Source: an uncultured Akkermansia sp. (GTDB lineage: Bacteria > Verrucomicrobiota > Kiritimatiellia > RFP12 > JAAYNR01). Taken from it: a stretch of DNA of 64,000 bases. This document shows, piece after piece, positions 1 through 9,445 of the stretch; position 1 is the first letter of the stretch; each line of letters starts with the position of its first letter. The position numbers and the translations under genes are program-made. The notes below the pieces were generated by a model. It saw only the letters and a list, made by a program, of their open reading frames with translations, did not search any database and was not told the origin of the DNA. The stretch spans positions 19,876 through 83,875 of the forward strand of contig CAZDLY010000004.1 in NCBI GenBank assembly GCA_964506575.1. The letters are read 5' to 3'.

Positions 1-1
1 C

Positions 2-166
2 ATCGCCACCGTCTATTGGAAGCCCACTCACAACACCACGGCGCGGGCGCCCGATTACTACGTCCACACCACCGATGACTGGGTCGTCTTTCCCCACGAG
101 ATCGTCGGCCTCACACCGGCGGAAATCATGCAAAAATCACCGGCGCTGAGCCAACTGCTCGGCTAG
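2..166 (+). CDS. C-terminal fragment of a type I phosphoribosyltransferase-family protein (5' truncated by window edge)
   Basis: Frame reads IATVYWKP...PDYYVHTTDDWVVFPHE...LLG*, resembling the C-terminus of purine PRTases; TAG at 164-166, 13 nt before next ATG. Confidence 0.6.
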   Translation: MATVYWKPTHNTTARAPDYYVHTTDDWVVFPHEIVGLTPAEIMQKSPALSQLLG

Positions 167-179
167 AGGAGCCTTATTC

Positions 180-2465
180 ATGAAAACATACGGTCACTTC
201 GACGATGCGTCGTCGTCGTACGTCATCACCGAGCCCGAGACCCCGCGTCCCTGGATCAACTACCTGGGCAACCGGAGCCTTCACGCTTTTGTCAGCCAGA
301 ATGCCGGCGGCCTGCTCTGGCACAAGGAGCCGTACTCACGGCGAATCACCCGCTATCACTACACCGCCGCCCCCGGCGACCGGCCGGGCTTCTACCTGTA
401 TGTCCGGGATCGCCGGACCGGCTACGTGTGGAATCCGCACTTCGCGCCCAGTTGCACGGCGCTGGATCGCTTTGAATGCCGACATCGTCCGGGCGTGACC
501 GAGTTTGTCGCCGTGAAAAACGGCGTGGAAATCGGCTACGCGCTGGGCATCCCGCCCGAGGACGACGTGCTGCTCGGACACGTGACGGTGCGCAATACCG
601 GCGCCGCTCCGGCCGACCTGCAGCTCGTGAGCTACCTGGAATTCGGGCTGCTCGAGTTCATGCGCGAAGCCCTCGGCTGGTGCTACCTCAAGAATCAGTT
701 TGGGCTCCGCTACGATCCGGCGCTCGGGGCGATCCGCTACGACTACCATGTCTTTGAAGCGCCATTCTCGCCCGCCATGCTCATCGGGTGCAGCGAAGCG
801 CTCTCCGGCTGGGAGTGCTCGCGCGAGGCGTTCATCGGCAAGAGCGGCAGTTACGCCTCGCCCTGCGCCCTTCGTGAGGGACGCGCCCTGAGCAACTCCG
901 ACCTGCCGCTGGGCGGCCATGCCTGCGCGGTGCAGGGCGTGGACGTGCATCTGGCGCCGGGCGAGGAAAAGCGCATCGGCTTCACATTCGCCCTTGCCGA
1001 CGACTGGCCCGCCGCCGAAGCCCTGTTCCGCAACTACCGGAGCGCCGGGGCGGTCGCCGCCGGCATCGCCTCCATCGACGCCTTCTGGCAGCAACGCCTG
1101 CACAGCACCACCGTCTGCACGGGCGATGCCGTCGTGGACCGCATGGTCAACACCTGGATCCCCTACAACTGCGAGGTCGCGCTCGACCTGGCTCGCGTCA
1201 TCTCCACCGACCACATGGGCACCGACGGGCTGCGCTACCGCGACACGACGCAGGATGCCATGGCCGTGGCCAACTTCGATCCCGAATTCGCCCTGCAGCG
1301 GATGCGCCAGGTCTTCGCCCAGCAGACGCCCGATGGCGGCGGCTGCTTCGCGTTCTTCCCCGACGATCCGCGTCCGACCCGCGACGCCCCTCACCGCTGC
1401 GACAACACCGTCTGGCAGATCTACACGATCCACAACCTCGTCGCCGAGACGGGGAATGTCGCGCTCCTGCAGGAAGCGATTCCCTTCCGTGACGGCAGCC
1501 TCGGCACCGTGTACGACCATATTCTCCGGGGGCTCAAGCACATCCAGGATCGGCGCGGGCCCCGCGGGCTGCCCACCCTCTTCCACTGCGACTGGAACGA
1601 CGGACTGGCGCTGTTTGGCGACGAGCAGGCCGAGTCGGTGATGCTGGGCATGCAGATGGTCTACGCCTGCAAGCTGTTCAAGGACCTCGCGCAACGCGGC
1701 AACCGCCCGGCGGATGTCGCCTGGTGCGACGGCGTCATTGCCGGGCTCACCGCCATTCTCAACTCCGACGTCGTCTGGGACGGACGCTGGTACCGCCGCC
1801 TGCTCCTCAGCAACGGCAAGACGCTGGGCAGCGCGGCCAACGCACAGGGACGGATTTATCTCAATGTTCAAAGCTGGGCGGTGATCTCCGGCGTCGGCGA
1901 CTTCGAGAACCGGGGCACGATTGCCATGGAGGCGGCTGCCGAACTGCTCGACAGCGACTGCGGCCTGCGCATCCTCGCGCCGCCTTTCAAAGGGATTCCG
2001 GAGCCGACCGATCCGCCGCTGGGATCCAATCCCGGCATCGGCGAAAATGGCGGCATCTTCAGTCACGCCAACACCTGGGCCATCATGGCCGAGTGCATCC
2101 TCGGCAACGGCAACCGGGCGTGGAAGTATTTCCGCCAGATCCTGCCGCAGGTGGTCTCGGAGAAATTCGGCGCCGATCACTACGAGCGCGAGCCTTACGT
2201 CTATGTCTCGTCCATTGTCGGGCCGGTCAACGACCGGTTCGGCGAAGGCGGCATCAGTTGGCTCACCGGAACCGCCAACTGGATGCACATTGCGATGATG
2301 CACTACATCCTGGGGGTGCGGCCGACGCTCGACGGGCTGGAGATCACGCCCTGCCTGCCCGACACCGTGACGGCGGCTACGGTGAAGCGGACGTTCCGCG
2401 GCCAAACCTATCGGATCGAACTGCACAACCGCAACGGCAGGCAGAGCTACGTCTGCACGCCATGA
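180..2465 (+). CDS. GH94 glycoside phosphorylase (cellobiose/chitobiose phosphorylase family)
   Basis: 761 aa; TPRPWINYLG, RYRDTTQD, DWND catalytic region, ENGGIFSHAN, SWLTGTA motifs; AGGAG RBS. Confidence 0.9.
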   Translation: MKTYGHFDDASSSYVITEPETPRPWINYLGNRSLHAFVSQNAGGLLWHKEPYSRRITRYHYTAAPGDRPGFYLYVRDRRTGYVWNPHFAPSCTALDRFECRHRPGVTEFVAVKNGVEIGYALGIPPEDDVLLGHVTVRNTGAAPADLQLVSYLEFGLLEFMREALGWCYLKNQFGLRYDPALGAIRYDYHVFEAPFSPAMLIGCSEALSGWECSREAFIGKSGSYASPCALREGRALSNSDLPLGGHACAVQGVDVHLAPGEEKRIGFTFALADDWPAAEALFRNYRSAGAVAAGIASIDAFWQQRLHSTTVCTGDAVVDRMVNTWIPYNCEVALDLARVISTDHMGTDGLRYRDTTQDAMAVANFDPEFALQRMRQVFAQQTPDGGGCFAFFPDDPRPTRDAPHRCDNTVWQIYTIHNLVAETGNVALLQEAIPFRDGSLGTVYDHILRGLKHIQDRRGPRGLPTLFHCDWNDGLALFGDEQAESVMLGMQMVYACKLFKDLAQRGNRPADVAWCDGVIAGLTAILNSDVVWDGRWYRRLLLSNGKTLGSAANAQGRIYLNVQSWAVISGVGDFENRGTIAMEAAAELLDSDCGLRILAPPFKGIPEPTDPPLGSNPGIGENGGIFSHANTWAIMAECILGNGNRAWKYFRQILPQVVSEKFGADHYEREPYVYVSSIVGPVNDRFGEGGISWLTGTANWMHIAMMHYILGVRPTLDGLEITPCLPDTVTAATVKRTFRGQTYRIELHNRNGRQSYVCTP

Positions 2466-4213
2466 GCGCATTCGGCCCGGCGGGTTTCCAGCACGCGCAG
2501 GCTGTCGTTCAGCCCGCCGGGGTGATTGCGGGCGAGCCAGACGCGGCGATGGTCCGTGAGGATCACCTCGAAGGCGGGGGCAAGGCGGGAGCGGGCGGCC
2601 GGTCCCGCGTCTTTCGCGAGCAGCAGCAGCCCCATCTGGCAGGCCACCCGCGCCATGCGCGCATTGTGCGAAAATTCATCCACGATCAAGGCCGCATCCG
2701 GCCGGTCCATCCGCGCGCGGCGCATCCGATCCAGCGCCGCCTCCAGATGGGCGTCTGTAGCCTCCAGAGTTGCGCGGGTGACGTTCGGGGGCGGAACCCA
2801 GGCGAAGCCCTCGTGCAGAATCTGGTCGAGAATATGGGAGGCCGTGGCGTTTTCGGAGACATGGGTCCAGGTATCGGCCAGGGCGTAGGCCGCCTGGCCC
2901 ATGACGCCCGCCGCGTCGCGGAAGACATGCGGGTCGAGCGCGGCGCGGATCGCCGCGTCTGAATTGCCGGCCTCATGCCAGGCGATGGCGGCGCCCGCGG
3001 CGAAGGCGATGAAGCTCACCGGCAGGGTCTGCCAATGGCCGCCGTCGCCCCAGTCGGTGTTGAGGATGCCCGATGCGCCGAATTCCAAGCCCGCCTGGAC
3101 GGCGGAGCGGTTGCTGCCGATCCCCGCCTCGTTGCAGCCCGTGAGCGTACACCAGGTGGAGGTGCCGGGCGCAAACCAGAAGGGGAGTCCCGCCGCCGCC
3201 AGTTTGGCCCCATGCTCGCGGTAGGGATAGGCGCGGTAATAGCCCCAGTCCACGTGAACCAGCTCGCGGTCGAGGCGGTGAAGCTGATCGCCGAAATGGT
3301 TCCAGACCATGTCGCCCCAGTAATGCGGGGTGCATCCGTGGGCTTGCGCCAGGCGCTTGAGCTTGGAGAGATGCTCAAAATAGATGGGTCCCAGACCCCG
3401 CCGTTCAACCTCCGGACGGCTGCGGCCCTTGCCCAGCTCCCACGTCTCGTCACAGCCGATGTGCAGGCGCCGACTGGTGAAATTCGGAAGCAGCTCGGCA
3501 TAGAGCTCGGCGATCAGCGCGAGCGAGTCGGGATTGGTCGGATCGAGCGTCGTCGGACTCCGCCACGTGCCCTGTTGCGTCTGAAAGCCATCGGGGCATT
3601 CGGCTAGCGGCCGGTAACGCGGATGCTTCAGCCAGCGCTCAAAGTGACCGAATGAATTCTGGTTGGGCGCCAGCTCGATGAACCGCTCGCGGCAGTAGGC
3701 GTCGAGCGCGCGCACCTCCTCGGCGGTCAGGGGCGAGGCCTCAGCCCACACGTCGCGATGGTTGCGGTAGGCGAAGGTGTGCTCCATGTAAAGCTGGAGG
3801 TGGTTGACCTTCCACTCCGAGAGCATGTCAACCAGCATGAACAGCGTGTCCAGGGTGGGCGTCTTGTCGCGGCTGATGTCGAGCATGACGCCGCGAATCG
3901 GGATGTCCGGCGCATCCTCGATCTCACCGCACGGGATCGCCTCGGGACACAGCCGCGCCAATTGGCGCAGGGTCATGCGGGCGTAGAAGGCGCCGGCGGC
4001 GTCTCCCGACGCGATGCGCGCGCCCCCGGGGGTGATGCCCAGCCGGTAGGCCTGCGGCGGGAGGCCGGGATCGCGCTGAATCTCCACGGCAGGCCAGTCG
4101 GCGGCCGGGGGTTGAACGCCGGCGGCGGGGCGTCGGAACGCGCCATCCGCAGGGCGAACAATCCGGGGACGGGGAAGGAGGGGAATGTGGGCAAGCGAAG
4201 TCATGAGTTTCAT
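2447..4213 (-). CDS. GH20 beta-N-acetylhexosaminidase
   Basis: RGVMLDISR, HIGCDE catalytic motif, TDWGD; ATGA overlap with nadA stop. Confidence 0.88.
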   Translation of the reverse strand: MKLMTSLAHIPLLPRPRIVRPADGAFRRPAAGVQPPAADWPAVEIQRDPGLPPQAYRLGITPGGARIASGDAAGAFYARMTLRQLARLCPEAIPCGEIEDAPDIPIRGVMLDISRDKTPTLDTLFMLVDMLSEWKVNHLQLYMEHTFAYRNHRDVWAEASPLTAEEVRALDAYCRERFIELAPNQNSFGHFERWLKHPRYRPLAECPDGFQTQQGTWRSPTTLDPTNPDSLALIAELYAELLPNFTSRRLHIGCDETWELGKGRSRPEVERRGLGPIYFEHLSKLKRLAQAHGCTPHYWGDMVWNHFGDQLHRLDRELVHVDWGYYRAYPYREHGAKLAAAGLPFWFAPGTSTWCTLTGCNEAGIGSNRSAVQAGLEFGASGILNTDWGDGGHWQTLPVSFIAFAAGAAIAWHEAGNSDAAIRAALDPHVFRDAAGVMGQAAYALADTWTHVSENATASHILDQILHEGFAWVPPPNVTRATLEATDAHLEAALDRMRRARMDRPDAALIVDEFSHNARMARVACQMGLLLLAKDAGPAARSRLAPAFEVILTDHRRVWLARNHPGGLNDSLRVLETRRAECAHGVQT

Positions 4214-5118
4214 TCCAGTTTCAGCATCGCCTCGATCGACTGGCGGGCGCGGGTGGCTATCGCCGCCTCGACAGTGACGCGGTGCTGGAGGTCATCCAGT
4301 GACCACAGCACCTTCTCCAGCGAAATCTTCTTCATATTGGGGCACAGCAGCCGGTCGTTGACCGGGAGGAACACCTTGTCCGGGTTCTCGGTGCGGAGGC
4401 GGTAGAGGATGCCCATCTCGGTGCCGATGATGAAGGCCCGTTCGGTTGCGCGCTTCACGTGGCGGCACATCTGTCCGGTCGACAGGACGTGATCGGCGGC
4501 GTCGCGCACCGGCTTGGCGCATTCGGGATGGACCAGCACCGGCGCGCCGGGGTGGGCGGCGCGCAAGGCGGCGATCTCGGCGACGGCGAGGCGCTGGTGG
4601 GTCGGACAGAACCCCGGCCAGAGGATCAGCGGCTTGCCGAGCTTTTCGGCGGTGTAGCTGCCGAGGTGGCGATCGGGGACGAAAATCACCTCGGCGTCGC
4701 CGAGCGAGCGCACGACGGCCAGCGCATTCGCCGAGGTGCAGCAGATGTCGCTCTCGGCCTTGACCTCGGCCGTGCTGTTCACGTAACAGACCACCTTCGC
4801 GCCGGGATGCTCCGCCTTGAAGGTCCGCAACTGCGCGCCCGTGAGCATGTCGGCCATGGGGCAGCCGGCCGCGGGGTCGGGGATCAGAACCGTCTTGCCG
4901 GGGTTCAGGATGGCGGCGGTCTCCGCCATGAACCAGACGCCGCAAAACACGATCACATCGGCCTCGAGCTGCGCGCATTTGCGGGACAACTCCAGCGAGT
5001 CGCCGGTGAAATCGGCGATCGCCTGGATCTCATCCGGCTGATAATTGTGCGCGAGGATCACGGCATTGCGCCGCCGCTTCAGCTCGCCGATACGTTGGGG
5101 CAGGGTGTCCATGGTCAT
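4210..5118 (-). CDS. nadA: Quinolinate synthase NadA
   Basis: ILAHNYQ, GDSLEL, FCGVWFMAE, GCPMA, YVNS, HPEC, CPNMK; start placed at ATG overlapping upstream TAA. Confidence 0.95.
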   Translation of the reverse strand: MTMDTLPQRIGELKRRRNAVILAHNYQPDEIQAIADFTGDSLELSRKCAQLEADVIVFCGVWFMAETAAILNPGKTVLIPDPAAGCPMADMLTGAQLRTFKAEHPGAKVVCYVNSTAEVKAESDICCTSANALAVVRSLGDAEVIFVPDRHLGSYTAEKLGKPLILWPGFCPTHQRLAVAEIAALRAAHPGAPVLVHPECAKPVRDAADHVLSTGQMCRHVKRATERAFIIGTEMGILYRLRTENPDKVFLPVNDRLLCPNMKKISLEKVLWSLDDLQHRVTVEAAIATRARQSIEAMLKLE

Positions 5119-6467
5119 TAGCGGAATTTCGGCATCCAGCGGCCGTGCGCGGCGATGAGATCGTCGCACAGCGCGCGGATCTGGTCGATGGTGAGCTCGG
5201 CGGCCGTGTGGGGATCGAGCATCGCCGCCTGGTAAATGCGGTCTTTGCGCCGTTCGAGTACGGCCTCGATGGCGAGCATCTGGGGGTTGATGCTCGTCCG
5301 GTTGTAGGCGGCGCAGACTTCGGGGAGGTCGCCGACCAGACAGCCTTGCACGCCATTGGCGTTCACGAGACAGGGCACCTCGACGCAGGCCTTGGGCGGC
5401 AGGTTGGGGATGAGGCCGTTGTTGAGAATGTTGCCGCCGATCTGGATCGGACGGTCGGTCTCCATGGCCTCCATGATGTGCGATCCGTACTCATGGGTGC
5501 GGCTGTGAGTCAGCGAGGAGTTGCCCACCAGATCTTTGGCGCGCTGCTTCCAATCGGCGATCTGGTGGATGCAGCGGCGGGGGTATTCGTCCAGCGGGAT
5601 GTGAAACTCGCCGATCAGTTCGGGATGCGCCGCCTTGATGAAATGCGGCAGATATTCCGAGAAATGCTCCGAGCTTTCCGTGATGTAATAGCCGGTGTGC
5701 AGCATCATTTCGAGCCGAATCATATCCCCCGATTTCTTGTTCGGATCCGGCTCCTTCCGCCAGGCCTTGAGTTTCTGGGCGGCGAGTTTTCTGATTTCGG
5801 GGTAGAGGTCCTTGCCGTTGTGGCTGATTTTCAGGAGCCACGACATGTGGTTGATGCCGGCGACATGCGTGCGGCATTCGTGCGGCGGATAGTTTGCCTC
5901 CAGACCGAGCGCACCCAGGAGGTTCTGGGCGACGACTTGCACCGAATGGCAGAGGCCGACCGCGCGGATGGAAGATCCCCGCAACACGCCGCCGGTGAGC
6001 ATGGCCATCGGGTTGGTATAGTTGAGGAGCCACGCATCGGGGCAGACGGCTTCCATGTCATGGGCGAAATCGAGCATGACCGGCAGGGTGCGCAACGTGC
6101 GGAAGATGCCGCCGATGCCGAGGGTGTCGGCGATCGTCTGGCGCAGGCCATACCGCTTGGGCACCTCGAAATCGGTGATGGTGCAGGGGGCGTAGCCGCC
6201 GACCTGGATGGCATTGACCACATACGACGCTCCCTTCAGCGCCGGGCGGCGCCGGGCCACACCGAGATGGGCGGTGATCGTGGCGCGCCCCTGGTTGATG
6301 TTGGCGTTGAGGCAATCGAGCATCTGCTTCGATTCGCGCAGGCGGACGGGATCGATGTCGTACAACGCGAGGTGGGCGTCGTGGAGCGCCTCGCTGAGCA
6401 TGGCATCGCCGAGCACATTCTTTGCAAACACGGTGCTTCCCGCACCCATAAACGCGATCTTGGACAT
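5118..6467 (-). CDS. melA: GH4 NAD+-dependent alpha-galactosidase
   Basis: GAGS Rossmann start, QTIADTLGIGG, NYTNP, GLCHSV, GINH, TESSEH motifs. Confidence 0.9.
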   Translation of the reverse strand: MSKIAFMGAGSTVFAKNVLGDAMLSEALHDAHLALYDIDPVRLRESKQMLDCLNANINQGRATITAHLGVARRRPALKGASYVVNAIQVGGYAPCTITDFEVPKRYGLRQTIADTLGIGGIFRTLRTLPVMLDFAHDMEAVCPDAWLLNYTNPMAMLTGGVLRGSSIRAVGLCHSVQVVAQNLLGALGLEANYPPHECRTHVAGINHMSWLLKISHNGKDLYPEIRKLAAQKLKAWRKEPDPNKKSGDMIRLEMMLHTGYYITESSEHFSEYLPHFIKAAHPELIGEFHIPLDEYPRRCIHQIADWKQRAKDLVGNSSLTHSRTHEYGSHIMEAMETDRPIQIGGNILNNGLIPNLPPKACVEVPCLVNANGVQGCLVGDLPEVCAAYNRTSINPQMLAIEAVLERRKDRIYQAAMLDPHTAAELTIDQIRALCDDLIAAHGRWMPKFR

Positions 6468-6611
6468 GGCAGGGAGTCCCTTCTGAGCGGCTCTATATTA
6501 CGGATACCCGGCACCGGGCTTCATGGTGGGCCAGTGTAGCGAGTGCCCGGGTGATGAGCAAGCCGAAACATGCCGCTCGAGCAGGCGCGCGTTCACTGAC
6601 GCGAACGCCGG

Positions 6612-7883
6612 TCACACCGCCCGCCCGCGGCTGATGGTGAGGACGGCACGGCCGATGAGGGTCCGCCCGGCGAAGGGGCAGTTGCGCGAACGGGAGCGGA
6701 ACTGCGCCGGATCGACGCGCCAGGGCGTGGTGAGGTCGAGCAGCGCGAGGTCGGCGGTGGCACCCGGCGCGAGGGAGGGCGCGGGCAGCCGGAGGATCGA
6801 CGCGGGACCGGTGGTCCAGCGCGCGATGAAGTCCACGAGCGGCATCCTCAGGCCGGTGACCAGGGTGGTGTAGGTCGCGCCGAGCGCGGTTTCGAGTCCG
6901 ATCACCCCGAACGGCGCCTGCAGGAACCCGTGCGCCTTCGTGGCGGGGGCGTGCGGCGCGTGGTCGGTGGCGAGGGCGGCGATGACGCCATCCCGGACCG
7001 CTTCGCGCAGCGCGGCGACATCGGCCCGGGTGCCGAGCGGCGGGTTCATCCGGTAATTGCCGTCGTCCTCCGTGAGATCCTCGGCGGCGAGGGCCAGATG
7101 GTGGGGGGACGCCTCGGCCGACACGGGCAGGCCCTCGGCTTGAGCCGCGCGGATGAGGGCGACGGAACCGGCGCAGGAGAGGTGCTGGATGTGGACGGGG
7201 CAGCCGGTCTCGCGGCAGAGGCGGATGTCGCGGGCGACCGCCTCGGTCTCCGCCTCGGGCGGAAAGATCGGCAGGTTGAGGCGCCGCGCGAGGGGGCAGT
7301 CGCGGATGACGCCCGCGCCGGCGATGGACGGCGCCACGGCGTGATCCATCACGACGCGGTTGAGCGGCCGGATGCGGCGCATAGCCTCGGCCATGACGGC
7401 GTCGTCGTCGACCCTGGCGCCGTCGTCGGTGAACGCCGATGCGCCGGCGGCGGCGAGCGCCTCCAGGTCGGCGGGCGCTCGGCCGGCGCGGCCGCGGGTG
7501 ATGCAGGCCGAGGGGCGCACGGTCACCGGCAGGCCGGGATCGGCCTGATGCCGGATCCAGGCGGGCGTGTCGCAAGCCGGCGCGGTGTTGGGCATCGTCA
7601 CCACGGTGGTGAAGCCGCCGGCCGCGGCGGCGGCCGCGCCGCTCGCGAGGGTCTCGGCGGCGGGCGCACCCGGATCGCGGAAATGGACATGGATGTCCCA
7701 CAGGCCGGGCGTGGCGACCCGGCCGCGGCCGTCGATGCGGCGGGTGCCGGCGGGAAGGGCCGGCGGAACCGGCGCGAACCGGCCGTCGGCCATGAAGAGA
7801 TCGCCGGTCTCGTCCCGTCCGGACGCCGGGTCGATGATCCGGGCGGCGGTGATGAGCAGCGGCGGGAGTGGCGTGGCATTCAT
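6612..7883 (-). CDS. pyrC: Dihydroorotase
   Basis: DIHVHFRDPG, AGGFTTVVTMPNT, HIQHLS, MNPPL, ATDHAPH, SRNCPF. Confidence 0.92.
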   Translation of the reverse strand: MNATPLPPLLITAARIIDPASGRDETGDLFMADGRFAPVPPALPAGTRRIDGRGRVATPGLWDIHVHFRDPGAPAAETLASGAAAAAAGGFTTVVTMPNTAPACDTPAWIRHQADPGLPVTVRPSACITRGRAGRAPADLEALAAAGASAFTDDGARVDDDAVMAEAMRRIRPLNRVVMDHAVAPSIAGAGVIRDCPLARRLNLPIFPPEAETEAVARDIRLCRETGCPVHIQHLSCAGSVALIRAAQAEGLPVSAEASPHHLALAAEDLTEDDGNYRMNPPLGTRADVAALREAVRDGVIAALATDHAPHAPATKAHGFLQAPFGVIGLETALGATYTTLVTGLRMPLVDFIARWTTGPASILRLPAPSLAPGATADLALLDLTTPWRVDPAQFRSRSRNCPFAGRTLIGRAVLTISRGRAV

Positions 7884-8317
7884 GCGATGTGGCGTTGGAT
7901 GAAGTGTTCGCGGATGTAGCCGAGGGCGTCATCGAGCGAGGGGAGGATCTTGGTGCAGAAACGCACCATCCAGGGGGAGCATTCCTTGAAGGGGATGGGG
8001 GAGAAGGCGACGATGAACTTGCCGAGGTCGTGGGCCGCGTAGAACACCTCCATCGACGTGCCGATGGAGGCGCGGTTGTAGTTGACCAGCAGGAGGTCCG
8101 CGTCGCGCACGTCCTGCAGATCGAACTCGACGATCTCGTTGGCGCTGTCGAACTCGCGGTCCTTAAAATCGCGGCGCATGGGGTCCAGCAGCACGAAGGC
8201 GTCGGACAGCCGCTCCCGCGCACGCTCGCGCCAGGTGCGGGCGGCCTGGAGATGCTCGTCCATGATCGGTCCGCTGAGGTAGATTTTCTTGCGGAGGGAA
8301 ACGACGGGATGACTCAT
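7880..8317 (-). CDS. Nucleoside 2-deoxyribosyltransferase-like protein
   Basis: 145 aa from MSHPVV; IYLSGPI, DL..VRDAD, SIGTSMEV motifs typical of NDT-like fold; ATGA overlap with pyrC. Confidence 0.75.
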   Translation of the reverse strand: MSHPVVSLRKKIYLSGPIMDEHLQAARTWRERARERLSDAFVLLDPMRRDFKDREFDSANEIVEFDLQDVRDADLLLVNYNRASIGTSMEVFYAAHDLGKFIVAFSPIPFKECSPWMVRFCTKILPSLDDALGYIREHFIQRHIA

Positions 8318-8340
8318 GCGGGACCTCGTTTTGCGGGACG

Positions 8341-9297
8341 CTACTCCTCGACCACCACCGGCGTGCCGGCATCCACCATCTGCAGCAGCTTGACCGCATT
8401 CCAGTTGGCCAGGCGGAAACAGCCCTTGGACTCGGCCCGGCCGATGTTCTCGGGAATCGGCGTGCCGTGGATGCCGTAGCCCGGCAGGGAGAGGCCGATC
8501 CACGCCAGGCCGACCGGATTGTTGGGGCCGGGAGGGATGATGAGCTTGACCGTATTCTCGCCGCCCGGAACGAAGAGCTGCGGGTCGTACGTGTAGTTGG
8601 GATTGGGAGCGACCGTGCGCACGGCGAGGGTGCCATCGGGGCGGCGGCTCTTGTCGCGGGCGATGGAGCAGGGGAACAGGGCGATCAGGTTGCCGTCGGC
8701 GTTGTAGGCGGCGATCTCCGTGCGCCCGAGGGCGATCCGGATGGAGCCTGCCCGTGGCAGCTTGTCGTGGGAGCAGTCGGGCAGCACGATCTCGGCGCCT
8801 GCGGGCGGGTTGGGCCACGCCGTATCCGGGTTGAGCCGCTGCAGCGCGCGCTGCGACAGGTGCCCCTTCTCGGCCAGCATTTCCTGGAGGGTCACGTAGC
8901 GGAGGGCGGGCAGCTTGGACCGCTCCTCCCAGTCATCGGGGAACGGACCGAGGCTGGCCGCATCCTCATCGGTCACCGTATGGCGGGTGAGCACCGGGGG
9001 CCCTCCGCCAAGCGCCTCGAGGACGGCGGCATCGGGAATGCCGGTCGCCGGGAGGCCGCTGAGCAACTGCCAGGTCTGAAGCGCAATCTCGGTACGGGGC
9101 CCCCAGACCCCGTCAATGCAGTTGCAGGAGAGGTGCTTGCGGTCGAGCAGCACCTGTAGCTCAAGGATGTCGCGATGGAAGCCCGAGCGGTAGCCGACAA
9201 AACGCTCAGGCGCCGATTGCGCCCGGACGCCGCCCGCGCCGGCGATCAGGCTGGCCAGGACGGCAAGGGCAAGGCGTGCTTGGAGAGACAACATCAT
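8341..9297 (-). CDS. L,D-transpeptidase (YkuD domain) with peptidoglycan-binding domain
   Basis: Signal peptide; IDGVWGPRT PG-binding motif; PPGPNNPVG, GYGIHGT...SKGCFRL catalytic motif. Confidence 0.88.
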   Translation of the reverse strand: MMLSLQARLALAVLASLIAGAGGVRAQSAPERFVGYRSGFHRDILELQVLLDRKHLSCNCIDGVWGPRTEIALQTWQLLSGLPATGIPDAAVLEALGGGPPVLTRHTVTDEDAASLGPFPDDWEERSKLPALRYVTLQEMLAEKGHLSQRALQRLNPDTAWPNPPAGAEIVLPDCSHDKLPRAGSIRIALGRTEIAAYNADGNLIALFPCSIARDKSRRPDGTLAVRTVAPNPNYTYDPQLFVPGGENTVKLIIPPGPNNPVGLAWIGLSLPGYGIHGTPIPENIGRAESKGCFRLANWNAVKLLQMVDAGTPVVVEE

Positions 9298-9445
9298 GTT
9301 TAACACCCAAGAGGACGGAAGAGCGCGGCAGACGGACACCCAGCGTCCACGACTGAAGACATCGATACGGTAGCATGATCGATCTGAATTTGTCAAACGC
9401 GCGAAAATACTGGGCAGCCGTCACACAAATGGATAAACTGACCGA

